DNA of 63,051 nt, counting the filler, from Octopus bimaculoides (lineage: Eukaryota), in assembly GCF_001194135.2 (NCBI RefSeq). It is 4 parts of 4 records of this genome, joined end to end, with 100 filler letters (N's around TTAATTAATTAA, not from the genome) between each part and the next. Parts side by side here need not be neighbours in the genome. Positions count along the whole stretch, not along the records: positions 37,994 to 57,066 come from NC_068993.1; positions 57,167 to 63,051 come from NC_068987.1; 2 more parts are not named here. One strand, 5' to 3'. The stretch's first letter is position 1. Every line of letters starts with the position of its first letter. Under the pieces are notes generated by a model. It was given only the letters and a program-made list of their open reading frames with translations, had not been told where the DNA came from and made no database searches. This document shows positions 50,394 through 63,051 of this stretch, in pieces. The translations under genes and the position numbers were made by a program.

Positions 50394-52567
50394 NNNNNNN
50401 NNNNNNNNNNNNNNNNNNNNNNNNNNNNNNNNNNNNNNNNNNNNNNNNNNNNNNNNNNNNNNNNNNNNNNNNNNNNNNNNNNNNNNNNNNNNNNNNNNNN
50501 NNNNNNNNNNNNNNNNNNNNNNNNNNNNNNNNNNNNNNNNNNNNNNNNNNNNNNNNNNNNNNNNNNNNNNNNNNNNNNNNNNNNNNNNNNNNNNNNNNNN
50601 NNNNNNNNNNNNNNNNNNNNNNNNNNNNNNNNNNNNNNNNNNNNNNNNNNNNNNNNNNNNNNNNNNNNNNNNNNNNNNNNNNNNNNNNNNNNNNNNNNNN
50701 NNNNNNNNNNNNNNNNNNNNNNNNNNNNNNNNNNNNNNNNNNNNNNNNNNNNNNNNNNNNNNNNNNNNNNNNNNNNNNNNNNNNNNNNNNNNNNNNNNNN
50801 NNNNNNNNNNNNNNNNNNNNNNNNNNNNNNNNNNNNNNNNNNNNNNNNNNNNNNNNNNNNNNNNNNNNNNNNNNNNNNNNNNNNNNNNNNNNNNNNNNNN
50901 NNNNNNNNNNNNNNNNNNNNNNNNNNNNNNNNNNNNNNNNNNNNNNNNNNNNNNNNNNNNNNNNNNNNNNNNNNNNNNNNNNNNNNNNNNNNNNNNNNNN
51001 NNNNNNNNNNNNNNNNNNNNNNNNNNNNNNNNNNNNNNNNNNNNNNNNNNNNNNNNNNNNNNNNNNNNNNNNNNNNNNNNNNNNNNNNNNNNNNNNNNNN
51101 NNNNNNNNNNNNNNNNNNNNNNNNNNNNNNNNNNNNNNNNNNNNNNNNNNNNNNNNNNNNNNNNNNNNNNNNNNNNNNNNNNNNNNNNNNNNNNNNNNNN
51201 NNNNNNNNNNNNNNNTGTGTGTGTGTGTGTGTGTGTAAAATTCTACGTAAATGTTGATGAAAGAGAGAAGCAGGAGGAGACTGAGCAGAAGGAGAGTCGG
51301 AGAGAATGAAGAGATGGGGAGACAGAGAAATGTGGATAGAGAGAGGGCGAGAAAGGAGTGAAACGGAAAAACAGTCTATGTGTGAACGTATATATAAATG
51401 AGAGGCGAAGTCAGAGTAAGAGCAGCACAGCAAATGTGAATCTGCTTGTATATCTATTTGTATATATGTCTGTATATGTATGTGACTATGTGGATATGTG
51501 TATATTAGATTCGAGAGATTATATATAAGTGTGTGTGTGCGTGTGTGTATATATATATGTGCGTGCATATGTGGGTGTATGCGTGTGCGTATATATGTAC
51601 ATATATATATTTTATATATATGTATACACATGTATATGGGAGAATATGCGAAAACAACAACAACAGACGAGGACAGGTGGTGTAAACAACAAAAGGATNN
51701 NNNNNNNNCTTATCGCTGATTAGTTCTATTACAACATTTCAGTGTTAGGACATGTTATTCAGGAAGTCTACGAATTTGCTAGCTTCTCTGCTCTGTCGTG
51801 TTATATGCAGACAAACTGAGTGTGACGTTTGTAATTGAGGGTACTCAGGGCACCGGGTTTACGATAGGGAAAAAGTACGGTGATCATTGTATTATTGAAC
51901 CAGAAACTTAAAGTCCTGTACGAGAATCTCTGTAAATGCATCATTCAATATATACATATATACATATAAATTTGACATGGGCGATTCTTTCTTGTCTTGG
52001 GATTCACGGTCAAACGGCTGGGTGGAATTGCGCGAAAAATTACACAGATGTGTAGAATGATCCGGTGGTGATGCTGGGATTTGTATTTTTTCATAGCTCC
52101 CATGGTTACCGAGATAATCTACTATAATAATACTCTTGTGTTTTTGAATGAGAAAAGAAGGGTGATAGATGAATAAGGAAGGAAGGGGTGATGTCATACT
52201 TGGTAGTGGGATGATGAAAATTGTACGCTGAAAAACTAAGCCAAACAGCGTTTCAACTCTGTGTAAATATATGTGTGCGTATGTAAAAGAAAGTATGTGA
52301 ATGTGTGTGCGTGCGCATGTGCCTGTGTGTGTGTTTGTGTGTGTATGTGTGTGCGTGCAGAATGGAAGTGGGATGGTTCGTCTTTGTTCGCTTAGTATTC
52401 GGTTTTATTTTTTTATTTGGTTGAATCTTGTTTTGTTTTTTTTGGTCAGTTATTTTTAACGTTTTGACAGAAAAAAGTCATTCTAAAATTGTTTTTTAAC
52501 GTAAGCGTGCCCAAACAAGTCGAATGCTTACACAGAACAGGTTTTACAGCCACATCATCCAAACCGA

Positions 52568-52594
52568 CCGGGTGAAACCGGGCTTAGCTGCTAG
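52568..52594 (+). mobile_element. Helitron-type 3' terminus
   Basis: CCGGGTGAAACCGGG hairpin, short spacer, then CTAG followed by T (52591-52595). This is the canonical Helitron end layout. Confidence 0.6.
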
Positions 52595-53460
52595 TATATA
52601 TNNNNNNNNNNNNNNNNNNNNNNNNNNNNNNNNNNNNNNNNNNNNNNNNNNNNNNNNNNNNNNNNNNNNNNNNNNNNNNNNNNNNNNNNNNNNNNNNNNN
52701 NNNNNNNNNNNNNNNNNNNNNNNNNNNNNNNNNNNNNNNNNNNNNNNNNNNNNNNNNNNNNNNNNNNNNNNNNNNNNNNNNNNNNNNNNNNNNNNNNNNN
52801 NNNNNNNNNNNNNNNNNNNNNNNNNNNNNNNNNNNNNNNNNNNNNNNNNNNNNNNNNNNNNNNNNNNNNNNNNNNNNNNNNNNNNNNNNNNNNNNNNNNN
52901 NNNNNNNNNNNNNNNNNNNNNNNNNNNNNNNNNNNNNNNNNNNNNNNNNNNNNNNNNNNNNNNNNNNNNNNNNNNNNNNNNNNNNNNNNNNNNNNNNNNN
53001 NNNNNNNNNNNNNNNNNNNNNNNNNNNNNNNNNNNNNNNNNNNNNNNNNNNNNNNNNNNNNNNNNNNNNNNNNNNNNNNNNNNNNNNNNNNNNNNNNNNN
53101 NNNNNNNNNNNNNNNNNNNNNNNNNNNNNNNNNNNNNNNNNNNNNNNNNNNNNNNNNNNNNNNNNNNNNNNNNNNNNNNNNNNNNNNNNNNNNNNNNNNN
53201 NNNNNNNNNNNNNNNNNNNNNNNNNNNNNNNNNNNNNNNNNNNNNNNNNNNNNNNNNNNNNNNNNNNNNNCGCTGCGGCAGCATGGCCGCAGTCAAATAA
53301 CTGAAACAAATAAAAGAATGAAAGAATATACATGTGTGTGTGTATGTATGTATGTATGTATGTATGTATGTATGTATGTATGTATGTATGTATGTATTGA
53401 ATGATGTATTTATGGTGACTCACATACAGGAGTTTAAGTTTCTGAGTCAACAACACAATA

Positions 53461-53597
53461 ATTACTTCATCCCTAATCACTGTCACTCGCGCCATATACT
53501 CACACATACACACACCTGTATGTTCATATACGTACAGATATATACTTACTTAAATACACACTCATCTACACACGGTTATGAGAGTGTATGTCTTTGT

Positions 53598-53633
<36 letters not shown>

Positions 53634-53696
53634 CTGTGTCTGCGTCTGTGCGCACGTGCGCGCGACACGAGTGACAGTGATTGGGGATGAAGTAAT
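53461..53696. mobile_element. MITE-like element with 29-bp inverted termini and microsatellite interior
   Basis: ATTACTTCATCCCTAATCACTGTCACTCG (53461-53489) versus CGAGTGACAGTGATTGGGGATGAAGTAAT (53668-53696), one mismatch. TA lies just outside CTTC...GAAG on both sides. Confidence 0.7.
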
Positions 53697-53974
53697 ACAG
53701 CATTCCTAATTGGGAAAAATCGAACGACTGAGAATTAGATGGAAGAGATAGACAGTGAAAGAGGAAGAGAAAAGGAGAGAGAGGGGTAGAGAAGGAGAGA
53801 GTAAGATGGCGTGGAAGAGAGAACGAGGAAGAGAGAGAGAGAGAAATTAAGTGAACAAAGGCACAAACATAAAACATACAATAATGCTTTTCTATTGTGC
53901 TTTTCCTTTTAATTCCTGATTAATTTAGTTTCATTTCATTGTTCCATCCTTTTGTTATTTCGTTTTGTCGTTTA

Positions 53975-54170
53975 GCTTTTACTTGTTACAGTCATTGGAC
54001 TGCGACCATGCTGGAGAACCGCCTTGATATGTTTAGTCGGCCAAATCGACTCCAGTAATTATTTTTCGTTTTAATCCTGGTACTTATTATGTCACTAGTG
54101 TACAGGGACATAAATAAACCAACACCGGTTATCACGCGATGGTAGGGCACAAACACACACGTACACACAT
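53975..54170 (-). mobile_element. SINE family C, 3' half
   Basis: TACTTGTTACAGTCATTGGACTGCGACCATGCTGGAGAACCGCC...CACCGGTTATCACGCGATGGTAGGGCACAAACAC. Confidence 0.75.
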
Positions 54171-54529
54171 ATATGTATGTCTCTTCTATTTTTTACTTAT
54201 TATAAATCTTCCACTGAGGAGGGAGCCGGTTTCCAACAAAGATACAAGGCTCCATCTTTGAGATGTAGTTAACGCAGACAAATTCACATTTAGAACTTGA
54301 GAAAAGTCTTGCATATTTTTACTGTTCCACTCACAGACAGGAATGTAATGTACGAATCCCAGTTTATCCAGATTCTCCTTTAAGCATTTACTAACAAAAC
54401 CTATTGCTCCAATTATTATTGGAGCTTTCGAAGCAGTTGTCCATAGATATCCTTTTTTTCTTTGATTTTCAAAGAGATATTTATATCTGCAGGGCAGCTG
54501 ACCTCTATGATGCTACATACCTTTGCCCC

Positions 54530-54690
54530 TCTATGACGGGCTTCTCTCCGTTTCCATCCACCAAATCCACTCACAAAGCTTTAGTTTGCCGGGGGTACAT
54601 ACAGTAAAAGACACTTGCCCAAGGTGCCTGTCAGTGGAACTGAACCCGAAACCGTGTGATTGGAAAGCAAGCCTCATGTCACACAACGAC
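54530..54690 (-). mobile_element. SINE family C head
   Basis: GACGGGCTTC...CCAAATCCACTCACAAAGCT...GACACTTGCCCAAGGTGCC...GGAACTGAACCCG. Confidence 0.8.
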
Positions 54691-55012
54691 GTCTGCACCT
54701 ATAAAAATTCTAAAGGCAGCTCACGAGACACAAACCCACGTCTTCTGTAAACTTCGCCGATGTTCTACCTTTTTACCAAGTTTCCTTTTCCACCATTTTA
54801 TCACTCAGTTATGTCTATCATTTCATTGTTTTATCCCTTGTCATGTCTGCCATTTCATCGTTTTATCCCTTTTGTTATGCCTATCATATCAACGTTTTGT
54901 CCCTTTGTTATGTCTGCCTTTTCATTTCATTTATTGATTTCTCTTTTTGTTGTTGTTTAGTTGTTTTCTTTGTTTCGTTTCGTTTCTTTTGTATTTTCAT
55001 CGTTAGTATTCT

Positions 55013-55043
<31 letters not shown>

Positions 55044-56043
55044 CCACTTTCTTTCTTTTTGCTTTTTCTTTTCATTGAAATTACATAGTCAACAGAAAAA
55101 TTCCATTTCCAGTCAGTAGTATATATTCTTTTATATGGTTATTACTTTTGTCACTTCTATTGGTGTCACGGTTGTAATTATTATTATCACCACAATCATC
55201 ATCAACATCATAATCATCATTATTATTATTGTTGTTGTCACAATTGTTGTTGCTGTCATTACTGTTGTTTCAATTGTTTACACTGTTATAATCGTTGGTA
55301 TTTTGTTTTCTGATATTGCTGTCGCTGTTGGTATCGGTTATATTCATCACTGCTATCGTTTTCCTTTCGTTCTTATTGTCACTCTAACGTTGGTTTTGTT
55401 ATCGCTGCTGTGGTTGTCGATGTGGTTCTTGTTAGTGTGGCATTTCAAATGGTAAAACACTAAACTAAATAAATTCCTTCCAAAAATACCATGAAACAAC
55501 ATTATCCAATGGGTCATTTCACTAGTTAAGACAGATAGGTTCTTAAAAACGAAGAAATTTTAAACGGTAACTAAACTCAATTATTTCATATTATATTGGT
55601 TCTTTCCATCATCTGCAGACGCGTTTCTATATTTTTATCTCAATTGTATGACCTTATGGATAATTATATCTATATCGTTAGTTAATTTAAATTCTACTTA
55701 ATCTTTGCAAATTTACGTATTATTAGCATTTGATATATATTTATAGGCTGCAATAAACTAAAATACCTCTGAGATTAACGCGTTTAGCAAAACTTGTGTT
55801 CGTTTTTTCAGCGGAGAAATTGCCTTTTAAATTGGGAAAGTTTTTCATAGTTAAGCTCAAACCTGCATTTGATATGGAATAGAATTAACATTTATATATA
55901 TATGTATACATGCACTCATCAAACTATTCTTATATATATATGTATGTATGCATGTGTGTGTGTATATATATATATACATACATACATACATACATACATA
56001 CATGAACAGACAGACAGACAGGCAGGCAGGTAGACAGGCGGGC

Positions 56044-56119
<76 letters not shown>

Positions 56120-56893
56120 GGAAAGCAACAAAGGGGAATGCACAAGGAGATGGATATAGATTTTAACCCACGATTACGCATTGATACACAGAATCACACA
56201 CACATACACACAAGCACACACATACATACGTACATACATACATNNNNNNNNNNNNNNNNNNNNNNNNNNNNNNNNNNNNNNNNNNNNNNNNNNNNNNNNN
56301 NNNNNNNNNNNNNNNNNNNNNNNNNNNNNNNNNNNNNNNNNNNNNNNNNNNNNNNNNNNNNNNNNNNNNNNNNNNNNNNNNNNNNNNNNNNNNNNNNNNN
56401 NNNNNNNNNNNNNNNNNNNNNNNNNNNNNNNNCCATACATATATATTATATGTGTATATATAAACGCATGCGCATACGCCATCTTCCCTACATCTACCAT
56501 TACGTACATCCATTTCCATCCATCGATTAGATAATTTTTTTTTTTACAAGTCATTGATTCTTGCTAAAGAGAGTTCAGTTCAGTGGCGCCACGTGACAAT
56601 TATTTATTTATTTATCTATCTATTTATTTATACATATATTTATTTATTTGGTCAATTCTAGCAGCGACTCACCACAAAATAAATTCTATGTTGATTGTAT
56701 ACCTGGTGTATTACCTTACGTAGAAATTTTTTTATTTTTTTAACTGTCCTGCTTCTAATTGCTAAGTCAGTGAGAAAACAGAGAGACAGGAGGCGACATA
56801 CACACAAACTCACTCACACACATATACACACGTAGACACACACACACACGTACACACAAATACAAATGGACACATACGCACAGCGGAGATACA

Positions 56894-56926
<33 letters not shown>

Positions 56927-56950
56927 CAGTCACAAATTATTATCATTATC

Positions 56951-57009
<59 letters not shown>

Positions 57010-57066
57010 GTTCTACTTATTTATGTTATAAGTTAGGGATTAGACTGTTATTGCTGTATTCTTTGT

Positions 57067-57166
57067 NNNNNNNNNNNNNNNNNNNNNNNNNNNNNNNNNN
57101 NNNNNNNNNNTTAATTAATTAANNNNNNNNNNNNNNNNNNNNNNNNNNNNNNNNNNNNNNNNNNNN
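57067..57166. other. Artificial 100-bp scaffold join (44 N + TTAATTAATTAA + 44 N)
   Basis: Linker at 57111-57122. Confidence 0.95.
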
Positions 57167-57211
<45 letters not shown>

Positions 57212-58019
57212 ATGTTTGTACCACTTTCTTTTTATTTATTTATTTATTTATTTATTTATTCGCTACTTTAGCACTAAATGATATGTGCTAAAGTAGCGAA
57301 AGTACGGTTCTAAAATAATAGCACTAAATGCTTATACTATGTATTAAAAACAATCGATAAACAACTCATGAGGTTCCCGTAAATATGAAAGATCTGGGAT
57401 TGTGGGTACCCCAACAAAAAATCTTAATACGATTCGTGAAAACTTTTGGTCCGTGCAGAATTTCACATTAATTAGATACAAACAAGTTATCATTTATAAC
57501 ACTTCTTTTATTACATCTTTGTCTGATGGATGGATGGTTGGATTGAAATTACATGATACATAGTTTCCATTCCAGCAGTTGAAATATCGTTTTCCCGCAC
57601 AGCAATACATTTACTTCAGCAGCAACAATGGTATTCAACTCACAATGCACTGCAGTAACAAAGCATCTGGAACTGAATTGAAGGCAGTTACCGATATTCT
57701 GTTGCTAACTCAATAGCACTAGATATCCGTATATTCATATACGTGATATATAAGGATATCAACATACACAAATCTTGAAATCAATGTGAAATACACCATT
57801 TTAAAACTAGCATATTACTGCAACTGTGTCAGAAGATACACACACACATGCGTAATCGTGTATGTGTATATGTACGTATGTGTGTTAATGTACGTAAATG
57901 CATACATTTATGTACATCATCTGTGAGCATATATGTATGTATGAGCATATATGTATGTATTACATTCACTCGGTTGAAGGAGAGGTTTTCTTCTAGCATA
58001 AGCATGCGTGTTTATTTCA

Positions 58020-58262
58020 AAACTGAGCAAAAGTGAGTGAATGGTTCTGGAGATAAGGCCAGAAATGTTTTTTCTGAGTCCGTTTTTCCTGTCCTGTGCT
58101 CAAAGTAAACAAAATTTGAAAAATCGATATACCAGGAACACTCCTTGGACCAAAATACATATGTGTGTGAAATTCGGTGAAAATCGTACAAACGGTGTAG
58201 ACGTGATGCACAAGCCCACACATTCACACACAGACAGACATACTCTGTTTTATATATATAGA
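58020..58262 (-). mobile_element. Non-autonomous Helitron-like element, 5' portion
   Basis: Minus strand starts A|TCTATATATATAAAA, followed by GTCTGTCTGT and CGATTTTCACCGAATTTCACACAC. This layout is typical of animal non-autonomous Helitrons. No convincing 3' end was found. Confidence 0.55.
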
Positions 58263-58719
58263 TTACACATAAACAAAATTTTGAAAGTAGATATAGTTGC
58301 AAAGTAACTAACGTTTTAATGAGACTAATATTTATGAAACAAAACACACTTAAGTAGACAGTACTCTTAATACGAACTGAGTAAATAATGCTATTTTATT
58401 GCAGAACCATTACATTATAATGTAAATAAATATACATGCAGAAAATTGAAAAACAAAGTAGCTGTGAATTAACTCAAAAAAGGAATTTATGAAGGTAAAC
58501 ATTATTTAACAAAGTAGTAATAATATAGATTTTAATTTTTTTTTTATTTTAATGGGAGTATAAGATTCAAATGCAAGGCAATTCGTCGATCAAGACTTAA
58601 ATATCAAAAGTTTAAAACGTTTACCTATAGAATATCTTTGAAATGTTTTGGATGAAAATTTACAAAGTTGAATATATTTGTAAACAGAATATACATATGA
58701 AAATATATACAATTTTATT

Positions 58720-58930
58720 TTTCTACTTGTTTCAATCATTTGACTGCGGCTATACAGTGACTCGGAGTATTTTAGTCCAACACATCGATTCCAGGTCTTA
58801 TTTTTTGAGCATAATACTTATTCTGTCTCCCTCTTTTGCCGAACCGCTAAGGTTACTGGAACGTGGCACACCAACACCAATTGTCAAACAATGATGGGGT
58901 ACAAGACAAACGTTCACAAACAGATATATA
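58720..58930 (-). mobile_element. SINE family C, 3' half leading into microsatellites
   Basis: TACTTGTTTCAATCATTTGACTGCGGCT...CTCTTTTGCCGAACCGCTAAGGTTAC...TTGTCAAACAATGATGGGG. Confidence 0.75.
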
Positions 58931-59600
58931 CATGTATGTATGCATGTATGTATGTATGTATGTATGTATGTATGTATGTAGGTAGGTAGGTATGTATGTG
59001 TCTGTGTGGTAAGGAACTTGCATACCTACCTACCTACATACANNNNNNNNNNNNNNNNNNNNNNNNNNNNNNNNNNNNNNNNNNNNNNNNNNNNNNNNNN
59101 NNNNNNNNNNNNNNNNNNNNNNNNNNNNNNNNNNNNNNNNNNNNNNNNNNNNNNNNNNNNNNNNNNNNNNNNNNNNNNNNNNNNNNNNNNNNNNNNNNNN
59201 NNNNNNNNNNNNNNNNNNNNNNNNNNNNNNNNNNNNNNNNNNNNNNNNNNNNNNNNNNNNNNNNNNNNNNNNNNNNNNNNNNNNNNNNNNNNNNNNNNNN
59301 NNNNNNNNNNNNNNNNNNNNNNNNNNNNNNNNNNNNNNNNNNNNNNNNNNNNNNNNNNNNNNNNNNNNNNNNNNNNNNNNNNNNNNNNNNNNNNNNNNNN
59401 NNNNNNNNNNNNNNNNNNNNNNNNNNNNNNNNNNNNNNNNNNNNNNNNNNNNNNNNNNNNNNNNNNNNNNNNNNNNNNNNNNNNNNNNNNNNNNNNNNNN
59501 NNNNNNNNNNNNNNNNNNNNNNNNNNNNNNNNNNNNNNNNNNNNNNNNNNNNNNNNNNNNNNNNNNNNNNNNNNNNNNNNNNNNNNNNNNNNNNNNNNNN

Positions 59601-59632
<32 letters not shown>

Positions 59633-60530
59633 ATAAAAAAAGCAACACGTATTTTGAAGGTTATTGCAGTACGAACGTTTCATGCTACTCCATTCATTTA
59701 AGAAATGCGAGCATCACATTAAATTCAAAATGCAGAGCAATCTTCAGCTGAACAAGAAGACAGAGAATTACAGCAAAATGAACATATTACTATTGTGGCA
59801 ACATTTAAAATCTAAGTAGGCAGAAGAATACATAAAGATCCATTTTGACATAACCAAGGCTAGCAGGCAAGTAATTAATTCTAGGTAAAATTCTAACTGT
59901 CTCTTATTTTGTGTATTATCTAGTGGTTCGAAGTATCATCGGGCAATCATCCTTTCACTTTTAAGGAGAGGGAAGGTGTAAGCATTATACATGGATATGG
60001 TTATGAAGATTTCACTTGTCAGAGTGGCAGCACAATTTTAGGTTCAGCGTTTTTTTACTACTATCATATCCAGGAGAATTTCACATTTTCTTTAGTCTGA
60101 ATAAATCATTAGTATTGTTTTACATATACGAAGTATGGAAAACTTATAGGTATCAATATTAGCCTAATTATTATGTTTATAATAAAGATGTAATTAGTTC
60201 ATACAAAAATCCAGTAGTGTCAATTTTGAATTCAAAAGTTATAGATTAGGTGTGAAGTTTAAGAAGTTCATATATATTGGGCTCAAGAAACTATTTTGAA
60301 TTACTTAAAAAAAAATTATTTTGAAATTTAAAATTTGAGCTAATATATCTAATACTATTTTTATAATGTAAAGAATTGATATAGGATTTATATAGTTTAT
60401 AATAATGGGTTTATCAAGGTTTAAGGAACTAATAAAAAAAGAATGCTAAGAATTAACAAAGAATTCAATAATAATCCAAGACATCTAATAAGAACATGAT
60501 AATTATGTACTAGTTTAATTTAAAATGCAT

Positions 60531-60650
60531 AATCCGTTATTAGGCCGATGTCTCACCCGTAACGTAGTTTACAAATGCATAAGTACGATAACCGAGAATT
60601 ATATTTACATAGGATCTAGCATTAATCTGAAACAGAGAATATATAAGAAT
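60531..60650 (+). mobile_element. Penelope-like GIY-YIG endonuclease fragment
   Basis: NPLLGRCLTRNVVYKCISTITENYIYIGSSINLKQRIYK matches the PLE pattern CPLxGxCL...VVY...YIG...KQR. Flanks are degenerate. Confidence 0.8.
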
Positions 60651-62797
60651 ATATGTCATATATAATTGTCATATACTAATAATTTACAAAAAGACTGCAT
60701 CCTATTTAACAGTATTTTCTGCTGCCAATGTTTTTTGGAATTACCATTATGAAGCTATATATTGCACCTTATTTTTTTGATCGGTTGATTGATTGATTAA
60801 TTGATTGTTTAGTCAATAAAATGTTTGATTAATTAATTAGTTCACTGTTTTGGTGGACTGACTGATCAATTAAGGGGCTGATTGGTGGCTGCATAAATTT
60901 CCAACTTGGTATAGCTTTCAGACCACTTGTTAATCCATTTATTATCGCCCTTTAACCATCAATAATTCTAAATGTCCATCTGGAAAATTTTTATTGTTAT
61001 TTTTATGTTTTTATTTTTTTATTTTATCTCATCCACTTAAATGGTATTAGGCCCCTTTCTCCCCTTAACCATCAAAATTCCTAAATGTACAACTGGAAAA
61101 GTTTCTAATTTCTATTATTATTTTATTAGTATTTTTGTTTTATTTTATCTTGCTTTATTTATACTTTTATATTGTATATTTTTATTTTAACGTTGACTTA
61201 GGTGTTTTCGGGCCCCATATACCATATAATCATTTATTTTACCCCGGATAATAACTGTTTAAAATATCCAGCTATTATTAAACTGACCAATTATATCTGG
61301 CGGTGGCTCTTGGTCTACCTACTTTGGACAATAGGCTAATTGACTGAAATGCCTACTAGTAGTAAGTGAAAAATTATATTATACTGATAAGCAATTTATT
61401 TTGATAAATGATATGTTTATAGTACTTAGTACTATAAGCATAATTTTAATTACTAACATTTTATTTTAGTTTTACACTTCCTTTGGCCTATCTTATTTGC
61501 GTCAATAAGTATTATTTTCCCAAACTATTGTCCCCTCTTTTCATAGGGATATCCCACCAAATACCCCTTTTTATTTTAAATTTTGGTGATTTACTTATCG
61601 GCACGCAACATGACGTGACTCTTACCATGGCATGATTTCACCATATTCAACCTTTCCTTCTTTTCTTGTCTCGTCTTTTTTTTATCTATTCCCTTTCCAT
61701 TCTGAAGAATCTCCATGAATCGGCTTTATTACCAACTATGAGATATATTCTCTTAGCATCATAATGGTAATTCCAAAGAACATTGGCAGCAGAAACAGCT
61801 GTTAATGCGATGCAGTCTTTTTTTAAATTATTAATAAGTAATCGATGCAAGTCAATTTTTGTTCCTCTATGCTATCTCTATTTTTTGTTTCCTTTAAATT
61901 NNNNNNNNNNNNNNNNNNNNNNNNNNNNNNNNNNNNNNNNNNNNNNNNNNNNNNNNNNNNNNNNATATATATATATATATATAGTCTTGGCCGACACAGC
62001 ATCATGTATGTCTGTCCTTTATGACCTCACCCTTTTAGATCTCTTTACATATTTATCTATCTTTATTTCTCTTTATTTCTCTTCTTTTTCTACCTTTAGA
62101 TTTTTTCTTATCCCCCTTACTTTTAATTCTGTTATTTTATTTCTTTACTTTTATATTTTTACCACCCTTCTCCAACCCTTCTAAATAGCTTATATGCATC
62201 TTACTCTATTATCCAGAATTTTTCTTATTGTTTCTTATATTATCCTCCCCACCCCCTGATTTGACTTCTGTTATTTTTGTATTAATATTTGTGTATATTT
62301 TTTCTTCGTATTTTATATTTTAACCTCCAACCTCTTCCTTTTTTGGACCCTCTCCTTCTAGCTCATATAAGATAGTATTGTTTATTTAGCATTTACTCTA
62401 CCCTGAATTGTGGCACAATATGGACAGTTTTCGGAGTACCGATGAACTTTTATGTAAATGTATCAACTTAAAGGATAAAGATATTACAATGTATATTACA
62501 ATGGACAATACCAAGTGGACTCTCACTTTTTATCTCTCATGTTTCTACCTCTTTTACTTTTTTCTTGGTGACTTCTTTGTGATATAATAATTGGGAAAGA
62601 ATATATTTGCGACTGAAGATAGCTTCATACCACCCCGTTTATCAATTATATTCCAACAACATAAAGCTTGAAACGCGTGTACCGCGGAATACTTTTTGTT
62701 CTGTTTTTATTTTTACGTTTTTAATTTATTCTTTCACCTCGGCCACGATCTGGCATACACAGGTGCTTAAAATTATCAAGTATTACCTCTAACATTT

Positions 62798-62834
<37 letters not shown>

Positions 62835-63051
62835 TTACATATATACATACATACATACATACATATATACATATATGGTGGTTGTCTACTCCTTAAACAG
62901 AGTTTGACCACCTCCTGCACCTACACCTTAGCCCTTTCATGGCGTCTGATGTGGCTTTTTAAACCAGAAAGTGTTTTGAAAAAAACACCCACACAGATTG
63001 CACCTCTGATTTGCACTACCAATACCTGCAAGTAAGTTCTGCTCATTGTGG

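Noticed and set aside
51800-52200. Unique segment with short open frames on both strands (KLSVTFVIEGTQGTGFTIGK; IPASPPDHSTHLCNFS)
   Set aside because: Splice signals are weak or conflicting and no domain is recognisable; it cannot be supported as an exon without RNA data.
56595-56610. TGGCGCC resembling a tRNA-Lys primer-binding site
   Set aside because: The match stops after 7 nt, and there is no LTR or gag/pol sequence nearby.

Overview
AT-rich, microsatellite-saturated eukaryotic DNA with many N gaps. It is most likely Octopus; this is an inference from the SINE families and repeat landscape, not a database match. No host protein-coding gene could be confidently identified, and almost all long ORFs in the track are translated microsatellites or N gaps. 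The recognisable content is a transposon graveyard: three tRNA-derived SINE families (labelled A, B and C here), two mariner fragments, two DD37D-type Tc1/mariner fragments, MITEs, RTE, CR1-like and R4/RLE-type LINE fragments, Penelope-like RT and GIY-YIG fragments, and Helitron pieces. Three gaps contain an artificial TTAATTAATTAA linker, so true adjacency across 29.0, 37.9 and 57.1 kb is not guaranteed. The best leads are: (1) an intact minimal hammerhead ribozyme with a palindromic helix III at 36777-36822 (-) in an ORF-free unit; (2) a SINE family with a built-in expandable microsatellite core; (3) a fold-back inverted SINE pair that could form dsRNA; (4) a Helitron relic with a TATA/Inr promoter fused directly to its helicase region; and (5) several perfect hairpins and a double-CRE palindrome. 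None is demonstrably a new biological system. Most belong to known classes, and novelty would need the checks listed.
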